DNA from: Vicugna vicugna
Taxonomy: Eukaryota
Direction: 5' to 3'
Length of the DNA stretch: 64,000 bases
Assembly: GCA_013265495.1 (NCBI GenBank)
Contig: MU058423.1
Location: forward strand, 447,061-511,060
Shown in pieces: positions 25,126 through 38,139 of the stretch. The notes beneath the pieces were generated by a model. The model searched no databases and was not told where the DNA came from. It saw only the letters and a list, made by a program, of their open reading frames with translations. Position numbers and translations under genes: made by a program. Within the stretch, counting starts at the first letter, position 1. The number at the start of each line of letters is the position of its first letter.

Positions 25126-28100
25126 GTATGCCTGAAAGCGGGCGTGAAAGCACGGGGTGTCTGGCTGAAAGTGGCAGTCTCCTCTGGCCGCTTCCATCTC
25201 TTCCACCCACAGGAGCTGGGAGAGTTGTTCTTGTTTTCAGACTTTCACTTTGGGATTGTGGCTCAGGTCTGTGCCGTGGTTCCTTCATAGTTCAAAAGCA
25301 TATTCCTGTCCAACCAGATGTTTCTCGCAGAAATTTTCCTTCCTTACAGTGAGAGGAGCTCTAGGTTTCAGGGTACATGCAGACGGGAATAGGTAAATTA
25401 CAGGCGCTTGGCTGAACGATCAAATGCAGTTTGACCATGCTTAGCATACAAGATGGACTTTTACATCATATGGTCAACCTCAGTCCCTGGAATCACTGGG
25501 TTCTTCTTCTGGATTCCAGATCTTCTCTCCTAGGCAGGGTATCTGCTCCCCTGGAGTCCTTTTAGGTTCCCTTGAATATTTTTTCTTTTTATCTGTGGCC
25601 TACATTAAATGCCACTAGTACCATCCCCTAACCTCCATCTCCCCTGTCACCCCTTCTCTCCTAGACTCTCTCTAGAGAGAGCTAGTCCCTTCAACTGTTG
25701 TCTTCTGGTTGCCCAGTGCATTTATTCTCTATGGTTCCTGATCTCTTGGTCTAGTTGTCTTCTCTCCTAAATGGGTGAAAAGTTTCCTTTCTCTTTCTTC
25801 TTTTTTTGTTGTCTGTTGTCTATTATCCTTCAAGCCCCTCATGATTCACCTCAGACTTGGCGTGGCTGGAGTTTCCCGTGTGTTACCACGTGCGTGTGAT
25901 GACCCTGAGTCTGCAGCAAGGGAGGAATATGATTGCTACTGGAGTGGAGAACTAGTCAGATCTAGGGCCGAATGCAGGCTTTCTGTGTCTTCCTCCCTGA
26001 ACTAGTACAGATATACCAGTCACAGGATGGAGAAGCTTTGAGCCTCTCCACTGATCCTTGAATGGAGGAGAAAAAGCGATGGCTGCAGGCAGAGAGAGTC
26101 TCTAAAAGAGCCCTGGGAGGGCAGAGCTATGCATTTACAGACATTTCTTCAGCCTGACCAATCTGACCAGTCTTTCCTCCTCCTTTGGGGAGAATGGACG
26201 GAAGTAGAAAGAGGATGAAGAGGGTTTCGGTGTTCCCTCCCAGGGCATAGAGTGAAATGCTTCTATGGAAATGTAAGATGTGGGCAGTAAATAGCACCTA
26301 ACATTTGGTTGTTGGACCAGGAATAGAAAGGGGCTGTGCAGAGGCAATCGTGATGGCACATCCCAGTTCCCCAGAGGCTGGGAATCTTTAATGTCTTCTA
26401 ACATTTTCATGGTTCAGACAAGAGTAGAACTTGGGTCCTCCTAACCCATCTTTGCTCTTTCCCTTCATCTCTCACCATAAGGGTCCTCATGCATTTTGTC
26501 CACTTGTTGAAGCCCTGCCCATACCCTCTCCCAACAGTATCCCTTTGGCCACCCCTTAGGCCTAGGTGTGTCCTTGTTGGTGGCACTGTACATCCTTGGG
26601 AATATGGACCTGAGGAGGAGGCCTGTGAAGGGCAGAGAATTCCAGTGTCTAGATACCCAGAGTGTTGTCTAAAAGGGAGATCATAGACTCCTGGTGGGCA
26701 TGTCTCTTAGCCCTGTGGATTCCTCATCTCACAGGAAGAAGCATAACCAGGAGGAGGAGTGAGCATCTGGGGTCTCCACACCGCAGAGCCAAGGGCAGAG
26801 GCCCTGACTGCCCAGGTTCAAGGAGTGGGACTGTGTTTACCCAATACAGACCAGATAAATTTGATTTTCCTTATACCCATCACTCTGGTTTTGCTAATTG
26901 CCTATTCCTGGAGACGTTTCTCAGGAGATGGCAAGGGCAGAACCGTAACCACAAGTGGGATTGGAGACCCAAGACCTTTCTTTTAGTTTTATCACCTTTC
27001 TGATTCTAGCCAAGAATGTGTTGTGATTCCAGAACATACTCAGCAACAATGTGTCAGGTCTATTCTGGTTTCTGCATTGATTCACAATGAATAAAAATTA
27101 AGTTGGTACTAAATTTTATGGACTCTTACAAAAAATTCCTCCTCTTAAAACTTTAACTAGATAGTGCCTGTGAGAGCCAAAGGCAGTTTTTAATTAGCAT
27201 CTGACTACTGCAAAGAGAGGAACTTCCATAATTGCCCAGCAACCTCAAATTGCAACCTTCACTCACCCTGTAGCACGCCTCCAAGTTCACCTCTATGCAT
27301 ATTCTATTCATCTTTTAGGGCTCCCTTCAAGAATTACTTGAAGAAAGACTGCTCTGATCACTGCAGTGCAGCTCTCGTTGTCTGATCTCTCAGTTATGTG
27401 TCAAAATACGACATCCCTCACCCTCATCCCACGTTGCCTTGTGTTCGTGATGAAATCTCTGTGTATCTGCTGTGTCGTCTTACTAGGTTCTCCAGATAAA
27501 CAACTTGAGGGTAGGAAAACTATCTCAAGGGGTTCTTATTAATTATGTAACTTTCCTTATACTTTAATGGGTCCCCAAGTATAAATGAAGAAATAGGAGA
27601 CTGAAAGCACAAGTAGCAGTTACTCACGTAGAGTGTGGAGGGAGCCATTCCCTGGGGTGATGGTTCTCAAGCTTCCTTGGTCCTCAGGCTCACTGAGCAG
27701 CTTGTAAAAGGCACAGATGCCTGGCCATATTGACTCAGAGTCTCCCAGGGATTCTGACGCAGACCAAGATTTGAGAATAACTTTCCAGGGGCATGACTTG
27801 CAAAACCAACTCTGCAGACAGGAAATATCACACAAATTTTTAAGAAACCTGTTTTTTTTTTTTTATGGAAAAGAAGTTTCCTAATTTTGAGAAAATACAT
27901 ATGAAATACGTTCTGAGAACATAGATGTGCACAGGTGCACACAAATAAAAATTGTAACTAACAAAAATACTCGTAAATATCAAATGTAAAATTGGCTGTT
28001 TCATTTGAGCTGGTAGGTTTAATTCATTTATAATTAATCTCAGGTTTATTTTCAGCTCTGATCTGTTTGCATTTGACCTTCCTACCTGTCTTCCAGCTCT

Positions 28101-28959
28101 CTGCTGTTTCTGTAATTTTGCTAATTCGCTGTTGGATTACAGCCCTGGGGGACACACTTAGATTCCCCGGGTTAGGCTTCCTCAGTCTGTCTGTTCAGGA
28201 CTTAACCTGCCTTACGCCCTCCGCCAGAGCACTTAACTTGACATACAGGGCTATCCTCACAATCTACTCCTTTCATCAGGGCTTAAGAGGCAGAATTAGG
28301 CATTTAAAATAGTCTCATAATTCCTTAAACTTATTTAAAAATCCAAAGTGTAACAAATACATGTATGGCTTATTCTATCTCCCAACAGACTCAAAATATC
28401 CTTTGGACGTTGAAGACAAGATTTGAAAGCCATCCTCTGAGGTTGAAAAAAATAGGATGAGTTTAGAATACACATAACTAATCCACTATGAGTTTGTCAA
28501 TGTATTTCCAGTGAGCCTAGACCAATTTGCAAATCTCTTCAAGAAATAAGGATGTCTCCCACGTCTTCCCAAATTAAAATATGATGCAAAGAAAAGTTGT
28601 CTAACTGATTGTAACATGTTTAAAGCAATGTTGTCAAACAGAAGATTGGATACTGTCTTGAGTCCAGATACAAAGGAACCCCAAATAAGGCTTTTTCAGC
28701 ACATGTACCTACTATTCTGTCTCTTTGTAGATACATTCTTAGAGTAGAGAAGGGATATACTCAAATAGAACATACGTTCCAGAGCAGGACACAATTTCTA
28801 ATAGAAAATGTCAAATATGGGATCTGGCCCAGTGGGTTTTAATTCATTTATAGTTTGTCTCAGATTTCTTGTTCCTTACTAGTTTTTCCACACTTTTGTA
28901 ATTATTCTGATTAACCATTGCTTTAACTTCTATTTTGAGATTGGCCTCTGAATTTCAAT

Positions 28960-29326
28960 TTAAAAAGTCAGCCTCATAGAAACAGACAGTAGAACGGTGG
29001 TTGTCAGGCCCTGAAAGGCTGGGGAAATAGGTGGAGGTTGGTCAAAGGGTACAGATTTCCAGTTATAAGCTGAATAAGTTGAGGAGCTAATGTACATCAT
29101 GATGACTACAGTTAATCATGCTGTACTGTATACGTGAAATTTGCTGAGAGTATACTTGAAATTTGGTGAGATCTTAAGCATTTTTACCAAAACAAGGAAA
29201 ACGAAAAGTAAAAAGGTAACTATGTGAGGTGATGGATGTGTTAATTAACTCAATTGTGGGAATCAGCTCACAAATGTGGACATATATTGAATCACCATGT
29301 TTTACACATTAAATATATTACAACTT
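28960..29326 (+). mobile_element. Old L1MA-type 3' UTR (outer element of a nest; resumes about 30227-30260)
   Basis: ggtcaaagggtacagatttccagttataag...aaaggtaactatgtgaggtgatggatgtgttaattaac. Confidence 0.85.
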
Positions 29327-29334
29327 AAAACAAT

Positions 29335-30226
29335 TATTTTTATTTTTTAAAAAATTTTATTGAAGTGTAGTTGATTTACAATGTTGCATTAGTTTCTAGT
29401 GTATAGTATAGTGATTCAAGTTTACATGTATACACATTTTCTTTTTCTTTTTTTTACTTTTTCATCAGTTTACAATGTTGTGTCAGTTTCTAGTGTGCAG
29501 CATCAGGTTTCAGTCATGCATATACATACATATATTTGTTTTCAGATTCTTTTTCATTATAGGTTAATACAAGATATTGAATCTAGCTCCCTGTGCTATA
29601 CAGAAGAAATGTTGTTTACCTAGTTTATATTTAGTCATTAGTATCTGCAAATCTTGAAATCCCAATTAACCCCTTCCCAACCCCCTTTCTACCCTGGTAA
29701 CCATAAGTTTGTTTTCTATGTCCATGAGTCTGTTTATGTTATGTAAATAAGTTCATTTGTGTCTTTATTTTTTTTAGATTCCACATATGAGTCATATCGT
29801 ATGGTATTTTTCTTCCTCTTTTTGGCTTACTTTACTTAGACTGATAATCTCTAGGCCCATCTATGTTGCTGCAAATGGCATTATTTTATTCTTTTTAATG
29901 GCAGAGTAGTATTCCATTGTATAAATATACCACAGCTTCTTTATCTACTCATCTGTCAATGGACATTTAGGTTGTTTCCATGTCTTGGCTACTGTAAATA
30001 GTGCTGCTGTGAACATTGGGGTGCATGTTTCTTTTTGAATTAAGAGTTTCCTCCAGATACACATATTCTTTTTCATGTTCTTTTGCAATACAAGTTACCA
30101 CACGCCACTGAATGTAGTTCCCTATGCTATACAGTAGGACCTTGTTGTTTATCTATTCTGTACAGAGTAGTTTATATCTGCCAATCTCAAACTCCCAATT
30201 TATCCCTCTCAATTTATCCCAGTAGC
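29335..30226 (-). mobile_element. Two nested antisense L1 3' ends (inner about 29447-30056)
   Basis: inner TSD atacacattttcttttt (29430-29446) / atacacatattcttttt (30057-30073); outer flanked by acaactt (29320-29326 / 30227-30233). Confidence 0.85.
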
Positions 30227-30679
30227 ACAACTTTATTTGTTAATCACCCTCAGAAATACAGTTTTAGTATCTCTGAAGACCTTCAGCTCCCTTTGCTCTG
30301 GTTCCTTGTTCACCACGCAGGAGCTGTTGGCCAAGCCCATGTGAAATGGGATTCCTTGGAGCCTCTTGGGAAGGCAGGGTGGCCAGCTTTTACTTTCAGT
30401 TCCAGAAATGCTAACCTTTTGAGAGCTGACTATGCATCCTCAGAGCAGGGTATACAAGGAGAAGGGCCCCATTTGGAAGCAGCTGTTGGCCATACCTCAG
30501 CATAAACAGCCATCTACTGATCCCCTCCCCAGTCACCAGACAGTAAATGGTTTACGGAGACCAAGGAACTTGGAGATCTAATTAGAACAAAAGCAAAGAG
30601 GACACTGTCAGCAAGATAATTAAATGATAGCAAATATTTAATAATAAAACATATTTATTATTTTAAATCACTACTTAAA

Positions 30680-30900
30680 AATAATAACCATACATTGTTC
30701 TATGAATTTTACATATATTGTTTTAATTCTCAGGACAATTCTAGAAGACAGGCACTAAAATTTAGATCGTTATTATACAGATAAGGAAATGGAAGCGCAG
30801 AGTGGTTAAGCAACCTGTCAAAGGTCACACAGCTAGTAAGTAGCAGAACTGGGACTTCAGCTTGTTCTGATTCCAGGGTCTAAATTTTTGACCAGTATAT
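30680..30900 (-). mobile_element. MIR SINE
   Basis: tacagataaggaaatggaagcgcagagtggttaagcaacctgtcaaaggtcacacagctagtaagtagcagaactggg. Confidence 0.8.
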
Positions 30901-31191
30901 TATACTATCTTCTGTATAGTGCGGAGGAGAGAAAAAGCCAACATATTCAGAGTTGTGACAGGCCTAGGGATAAACTACCCTGGATACTGAGCTTAGAATA
31001 CCATGACCAATTCAGGCCCTAATAGACGCTGGGTTGATGCTGTTGGAACGCTCCCTGTCCTGGTCAGGATGGGCCCTGGAACCAAGGAGGCCTGAGGCCA
31101 TGGGTGGAGGACCCAGGCGGGGGGGCGGGGAGATCTAGGAAGGACACAAGCTGATGCCTCTTCATTCCCTCACTTCATTTTAACCTTGTAC

Positions 31192-31729
31192 TGAGGCGGG
31201 AAGCCCCATAAAAAGACCCGCAGGACCCCCAGGCACAGCCACTACTCTCCTGCCAGCACCATCTGGTTCCCTGGCCCAGAGACTCTATCTCACTTTTTGT
31301 CTCTGAAAGGGCTTACTTACCCCTAAAATTCTATTGGTTCCTTGAGTTCACCCCTGATTGGTTATTTCCTTCACTCCTGATTGGTTCATTTCCCTAACTT
31401 CTGATTGGTCCATTTGTAGTACTTCATTTGCATGGAACTCACTCCTGACTTGTTATTTCTCTCCCTCCTGATTGGTCCATTTCTACAAAGCTTGTTTCTA
31501 ATTAGTCAACTTTTGTTATACCTTATTTGTATATGATGTTGCAAAGTGTAAACTGGCAGCCTATAAAAGCCAATGTAAACCTACAGAGGGGTCTAGAGCT
31601 TAGAGTATTAACTCCTCTGGGTCTGCTGGTGTAAAAACCTGAGTTCTCCAACTTTCTGAGTGCTGCTTGGTGTCTCGCTTGGATCCAGGTTGCTGTCACA
31701 ACTGAGCTGTAATACATTTTTCCACAACA
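31192..31729 (+). mobile_element. Solo LTR (ERV1-type) with CCAAT array, copy 2
   Basis: TG...CA termini; perfect 4-bp TSD GTAC; 5 ATTGG boxes; octamer ATTTGCAT at 31426-31433; TATAAAA at 31562-31568. Confidence 0.9.
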
Positions 31730-34700
31730 GTACGAAACAGCTGCTCTTTACAGATGTATGATTTGATCGACTGACTGAAACCAGTGTTCAAAAATCTCCA
31801 GGGCAGTACCAACAATTCTATGAGAAAGGGGCTTACGAGTGACAATTGGCTGAAGAGGAGGCAGGCTAGTGGACTTGTCTTGAAGCTATTTTGTACAGTA
31901 AGTCTTGGTTTTACATCAAATAGGACATTTGTTTGGGGTAGCTTTGGGGACAGATGGAGATTTGTGGGGACTAAAGTTCCTTTCTCAAGCCATTCCCTGG
32001 TCTGCCGTGGTGTGAGCTAAGTGTGGCTGTCATTCATGTGTTCTGAAGTCCAGCTCCACCCCGGTGTGTGCAGCATGATGACAATTCTGCCCTCAGAAAT
32101 GTAGTCATCGGCAGTCCCAGAGCCCCAGAGTACTGAAGCTTCTCTCCCGAGAAGCAAGGGCAAGGCTGGCGTGTCTGAAACCTACCCCGCTGGAGAACCT
32201 GACAGGAGGCGCTTAGAAATCTGTACTCTGGGATGGGGGTGTGCTTAGTGATCAGGAGCGGATAAAATTCCATTAGAGGTAAATGTTGTCAGACAGCAGG
32301 CTGGGAAGATATATTTTAAGCTGAGAAATTACTTAATAAATTCAGACCAACACTCTGTGACATTTCCCACAAGACTTTAATGCTGTTTACAAATTCCAGA
32401 GAACACCCTGAGTCTTGTCTGGCATGGGCTTATGATTTATTTCAAAGGAAAATGGGACAGAGTGTGTGGGTTTGTGTTTAATGTGAAAAGGGATTTGGAG
32501 ATGAAAAGTCAACTGGCATGAAAGATTGCAGGGCAAATGCAAAGTAGTGGAGCCTGTGGGTGGCCTTGGAGCATGGAATAAGGTATTGAGAAGGGAAGGG
32601 CCTCTCACCATTCCAGCGCTAATCAAATTGTTCCATTTGCACAGGCCAATAACGCCTTAAAGAGCGTGGGTTTGGAGGGAATGCTAGATCCTGGGTTTCT
32701 GAAACACTTCAGTCCCGAAGACTTTCATATCAAGCATAGGCAGAGCTTCTGCCCCAAGGAAGGAGGCCAGATATAGTTTACCCTCCACCAAAGTTAACAT
32801 TTAGAGGACATGACCTTCATCTGAAGTGAGATGAACTTCGTTTAGACCAAAGGAAGGCATTTCTAAAGAAAAGAATACCTTGGACTAAGAACATGAAGGA
32901 AGACCTGGGAGCAAATTTTCCATGGCTGAGGCTCTGTGTTTCTTGGAAACACAGGGATGGAGGACGTGACCTGTGACTTAGTCTCCACGTGGTGTAGAGA
33001 CCACACAGGGATCAGGGAATTAGATGCATCCTCAGTCAGTTGCTGGAGCCATCCAGGGCACAGTGGGTTCAAATACTGGCTGCTGAAGGAGCCAGTGGGG
33101 CTAGGCTGGTGGGGAGAGGACAACATGAAAAAGGATCTTCTTTCTCCGTTTCTGTCTCTCGTCTTCTCCTCGGGAAACTCCCAGGCCCATTCATCCTGCT
33201 TGCCATAGAGGATGGGGTTTGAATGGGAAACGAGGACAGTGATGTCCCCCATCTCTCTTGGGAAAAAAAATGACATTCCATTTGGTTTTGGAAAATACAC
33301 AATATTCCACTTATAAAATATTCAATCACTGTCATTAATCCTCCGCCTGAGCTGGTCCTGCCCCACTTAGGCATGAGCTGCAGACTGGCTGTGGCCACAG
33401 GCCCAGGAACCACTCAGACTTCTCTTATGTGGACCATGTCATTAGGGACGTGAGGGTCCTCTGTTCTGAGATTTGAGCTCTCTAGGGTAGGGGTCTGGGT
33501 CTGCAAGGGCCTTCAGAGTCGCCTCTAGGCTTAAAGGCAAAGGCCTCCAATTGACCTAGGCCTCCTGTGACTGGGCTGAGGATTTACAGAACATTCAGGG
33601 CCTTGACAAATTAATTCCTCTTAATAAACCATAGGGCAACAGCTCCAAAAGTCCTACTCCACTCTCCAAAGCTCAGCGGCCGTAAGAATTGGGCCATATC
33701 CCCATCCTGTGCTGGCCGGCGGCTCTTTCCCTCCTTCAAGTTTCTCTCTCGAACCTCCTCCTTCCACTCTCAGGTTTTTTCTTATTGTTTCAATATTTAT
33801 TTATTTATTTATTTTTTTTAAAAATTAATCATAGAATCCCAATATGTCAGACGTGGAAGGGGCTTAGAAACCGCCAAATCCAATCCTCTTATTTGACAGA
33901 GGAGGAAACTCAGGCCCAGAAAGGGGAAGTGAGTAGGTGTTTTCTCCAGAGCTTCAAAGCAACAACTGCCTCTTCTAGTCCTCAAGCCCTCTTTCTAGAA
34001 GAGGTAGTCCATTTACCAGGACCCTAGGCTCGTTGGCTGGGAAGTCCTCCTTCCCGGCCTCCTGAGGCTTCCCTACCTACTGCACACACTCAAGTGACCA
34101 ACCAAGGCCCAAGGTGTGGCGAGCGGGCAGGTGGCCATCCCTTTCCAGCTCCTGGGACAGCTCCATGGATTACTCTACTTTCTGCTAAAAGATTCTTCTT
34201 GTTGAAGGCTCATTTCCCTGCCCAGACCCTCAGCTCTCTGCACATCAGAGAGCCCTCTTGGCTTCATATCTTGGGCTGTATTAGGTTCCGTCTTCTGGGG
34301 ACTTCCCCCAGGACTGATGCTGTCTGCGCTGGGCTGAGGGCTCTGTGCTCCTGCCCCTCCAGCTCCTGAGACACTCCTGCCTCTCCCCTCACCCACTTTG
34401 CTTCCTTCCAGAAACCACTCAAACTTTGCCAGAGCTCCATGTTGACTTGGATTTGGCATTCGATGAACGTTCCTCAGGATGAGGAGGAAGCTTCAAGCTT
34501 CAAAAAGTAGAAGGGGCGGGGAAACCAGCTATCAGGTGAGAATGGCACGTTGGTCCACCCAACTGTTTCCTGAGCCTGACCCTGAGCCCAAGGGAAAGCC
34601 ATTGACATTCCTGCTGCTGCAAAGTTCCAGTCACTGTCGGAAAGACTGCCTGGGACTGGATTGGGAGGAGTCCGGGTGACTATCCTTAGCTCCCAGCAGC

Positions 34701-37071
34701 TGGCCCCAGGGTCCTGCTAAGGGTGAGGATGTCTCCTTCAGGGCAGGCTGGACAGATACCCCAGGTGCTCCCTCTCTCCCCACCTCTTTAGTTGCCTCCA
34801 AAGCCCAGGACTCTTAGGGCCCAGGGTTAGGGCCAGCCCAGAATCAGAGGGTTGGGGAGATCTTAGGAGCCATCAACTTCTTCATGTTGAGGTTGAGGAA
34901 ACTGAAGGACAGGAAGAAGGAGTTACCCCAAGTCCTGCCGTTTCTGGGAGACAGAGCCAGAGCATGAGTGAGCACCCTTACTTTCCAGGATGGAAGGGAG
35001 CCATCATCAACACTGCCTCTGTGAGCTTCCCAGCAGCTCGGTGAAGTCAGCAGAACAGGGGGATCCCCATTTTCTCGGTTGTGAGAAGAGTCCTGTCTGG
35101 TGCTCTGAGATTAGACTTCCTGGCCCTGCTTGGGTTGCAATATTAGGACTGGAAAGACATTGGTCCAGGTTCCAAACCAGCACTGCCAAGACGTCTCTGG
35201 GGTGGCTCTGTCCCTTTCTGTACTTCAGGGTCTTGGCCACCTCAAGGACATGCCTAAGAAGCGGGTAGTCAGCCTGTGGTGGCTGGAAATTATAAAGTCC
35301 TTTAAGTCCTGTAAAGGACTGAGAGTTGCATTGTATTTTGCAGCCTATGAAAGGGCTCGGGGGCCAAGAAGGGAAGCGGGTGGTCTGAGCAGAGGAGGAT
35401 CTGCTTCCAGAGGCTCACGATACTCAGTTTTGCTTTGTTTTTTTTTTCCTATTTCTTTCAGCGTTGTAATTCTATGATTCTAAAATGAAACATTCTGTTT
35501 TCTGATTATAACCTTTCTAATGAAGGGGTTGAGTAGTGGCCCCAAGGGAAAAAAAAATAAATCACAGGAGCTATTCGACTTTGCATCTGCACATTCCCCA
35601 AGGGACGCTGAGGCTGGGGGAAAAAGTGGCCGGAGTCCACAATCCACTTGGGTTGTTCACTTGAAACAGCCCACCTGCCAGCAGGCTTCTCCCAAGGCCT
35701 GGACAGCCAGCCCGTGTAGCTTTAAAAACATTCCCACGAGAACAAAGCTAAAGCTAAATAAGCCAGAGTAGCTAGGACAGAGCTCCTCTCTTATCACAGA
35801 GAGATAATTGCCGGCTCCGGCTTTGTCGTCATACAGCGAGCAGCCTCCCCTCCCCACGGCCCCCACCCTCCGGGTTGTCCTTTAATGACCAAGGGAATGA
35901 TCCACGTGGTCCTGCTAACAAGGGATTTTGGATTGCTGGGGTGAGGGCAGAGCTGGACCTTCCACAACAAACATTTTCCTTCTGGAAACAGCCCTTGTCC
36001 TAACACTGGCTCTGGGCTTCCTGCGATGCCCGTTCATAAATGATTCAGGCCCTTCTTTTCGTAGAGTGTTGAAGCTCTCTCCCTCCTTGCCTCACTGGGG
36101 AGCACAAACAGCAGCCCAGTGTGGAATCTAATGCCCAGTAAAGCTTTCAGGTTCAAGAATAATCAGATAGCACTGGAAACAGCACATAAATCCCACATCC
36201 AACCAGCGACAGTTGCCAGCTTGGCCGGGGCTCGGGGGATGTGGGGGGAAGGAGAGGAAGTGGACCTATTTGGGGGCTCCTTGGGAGAAAGCATCACGCC
36301 CATTTAAGAGGGGCAGCAGCTGGTGGCCCTGCCAGGCTGCTGGGAAGCAGCTTTCCTAGTTCTCTCTCTAGTTGCTGACCTGACCTTGTCTCAGGAAGGT
36401 CAGACACCTCCCGGGGCTGGTGGTCTCAAAGCCAGGCCCTCGAGAAGGAGAAGGACTTCTGTTACTATTCTACCTCCCACAGTTTGAGGGGGAAGCTGTG
36501 AGCCGTTTCCAAGGCCTGCGCATTGGCTCCCACTGCCAGTAGAAGGCTGGAATCCTGTTTCTCTGGCTCCTGTGAGTCTGAGAGCTGTCTTTCTCTGTGT
36601 CTTTATAAATCTCAGCCTTTGATCATAGCCCAGACCGGACCCTTTCATAAAGCTTTCTTCAACACTGCAGACCAATTCTCTGAAGTCCAGTGGTAGCCAG
36701 TTTCTATAAACTGTAATCATAACGGTGATGCTATAGTGACAATCATTGTGATCATAGCCAACATTTACTATGCGTGTACTTTGTGCCAAGTTCTCTGCTA
36801 AGGGCTCTCTTGTAGGAACTCAGTCTATCCTCACCACAGCCTAATGAGGTAGATCGTAGCGGTGTGGAAGTGGAGGCCGTGTTCGTTTTTGGTTTCATGC
36901 TTGTTTCTTCTTCCCTCTGCTGACTTTCCAAGGGAAGTGGTGTGAGTGTTCCGGGCTCTGCTGGGCAGGACCTTGTTAACCCTCTCTCAGTGGCAGTGTT
37001 CCGGCCATTTTTCAAATGAGGTTTAGAGAGGTGAAGCAACTTGCTGACTGACCTCAGGTCACACAACTTAT

Positions 37072-38065
37072 TTTTATCTATTTATTTACTTTTTATTGAA
37101 GTAGAGTCGGTTTACAATGTTGTGTTAATGTCTGGTGTATAGCATAGTGATTCAATTATACATATATATGTATTTCTTTTTATATTCTTTTTCATTATAT
37201 GCTATTACAAGATATTGAATATAGTTCCCTGTTCTGTACAGTAGGGCCTTGTTGTGTATCTATTTTATTTTATTTTACTTTTTAAATTTTTTTATTGAAG
37301 TATAGTTGGTTTACAATGTTGTGTTAATTTCTGGTGTACAGCATAGTGATTCAGTCATACAATATATGTTTCTTTTTATATTCTTTTCATTACAGGCTAT
37401 TACAAGATATTGAATATAGCTCCCTGTTCTGTACAGTAGGACCTTGTTTTTTTATCTGTTTTATATATAGTAGTTAGTATCTGCAAATCTCAAACTCCCA
37501 ATTTATCCGTCCACCCTCCCTCCTTTCCCTACGGGTAACTATAAGTTTGTTTTCTGTGTCTGTGAGTCTGTTTCTATTTTGTAAGTAAGTTCATTTGTGT
37601 CATTTTTAAAGATTCCACATATAAGTGATATCATATAGTATTTTTCTTTTTCTTTCTGGCTTACTTCACTTAGTATGACAATCTCCAGGTCCATCTATGT
37701 TGCTGCAAATGGCATTATTTCATTCTTTTTTATGACTGAGTAGCATATATATATATATATATATATAGTCTCACAACTGCTTTATCCAGTCATCTGTGGA
37801 TGGACTGGTTGTTTAGGTTGTTTCCATGTCCTGGCTATTGTAAACAGTCCTGCTATGAACATTGGAGTGCATATATCTTTTTGAATTAGAATTTCCTCCA
37901 GATAGATGCCCAGGAGTGAGATTGCTGGATCATAGGGTAGGTCTATTTTTAGTTTTCTAAGAAATCTCCATACTGTTTTCCATAGTGGCTGCACCATTCC
38001 CACCAGCGGTGCAGGAGGGCCCCCTTTTCTCCACACCCTCTTCAGCATTTATTGTTTGTGGACTA
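37072..38065 (-). mobile_element. 5'-truncated L1 with tandemly repeated 3' end, inserted in a MIR
   Basis: peptide VQPLWKTVWRFLRKLKIDLPYDPAISLLGIY...ICTPMFIAGLFTIARTWKQPK; diverged TSD gtcacacaacttat / gtcccacagctcat. Confidence 0.9.
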
Positions 38066-38139
38066 GTCCCACAGCTCATAATTGCCACAGTTGGACATAG
38101 AATATGGGTGCCCTATGTCTTCTGTAATCTGGTGGCTGA

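Noticed and set aside
24818..25288. 156-aa ORF as a novel reverse-transcriptase gene
   Set aside because: Only part of the L1 RT domain, ending before the catalytic YADD motif, fused by chance to flanking sequence.
28240..28900. Possible ancient hAT transposon remnant (also about 15200-16150 and 8860-9075)
   Set aside because: AT-rich and suggestive, but I could not identify termini or transposase motifs with confidence.
5113..31729. The two homologous LTRs as ends of one 26-kb provirus
   Set aside because: Each has its own different 4-bp TSD, there is no retroviral internal sequence next to either, and the interval is ordinary old genomic DNA full of MIRs.
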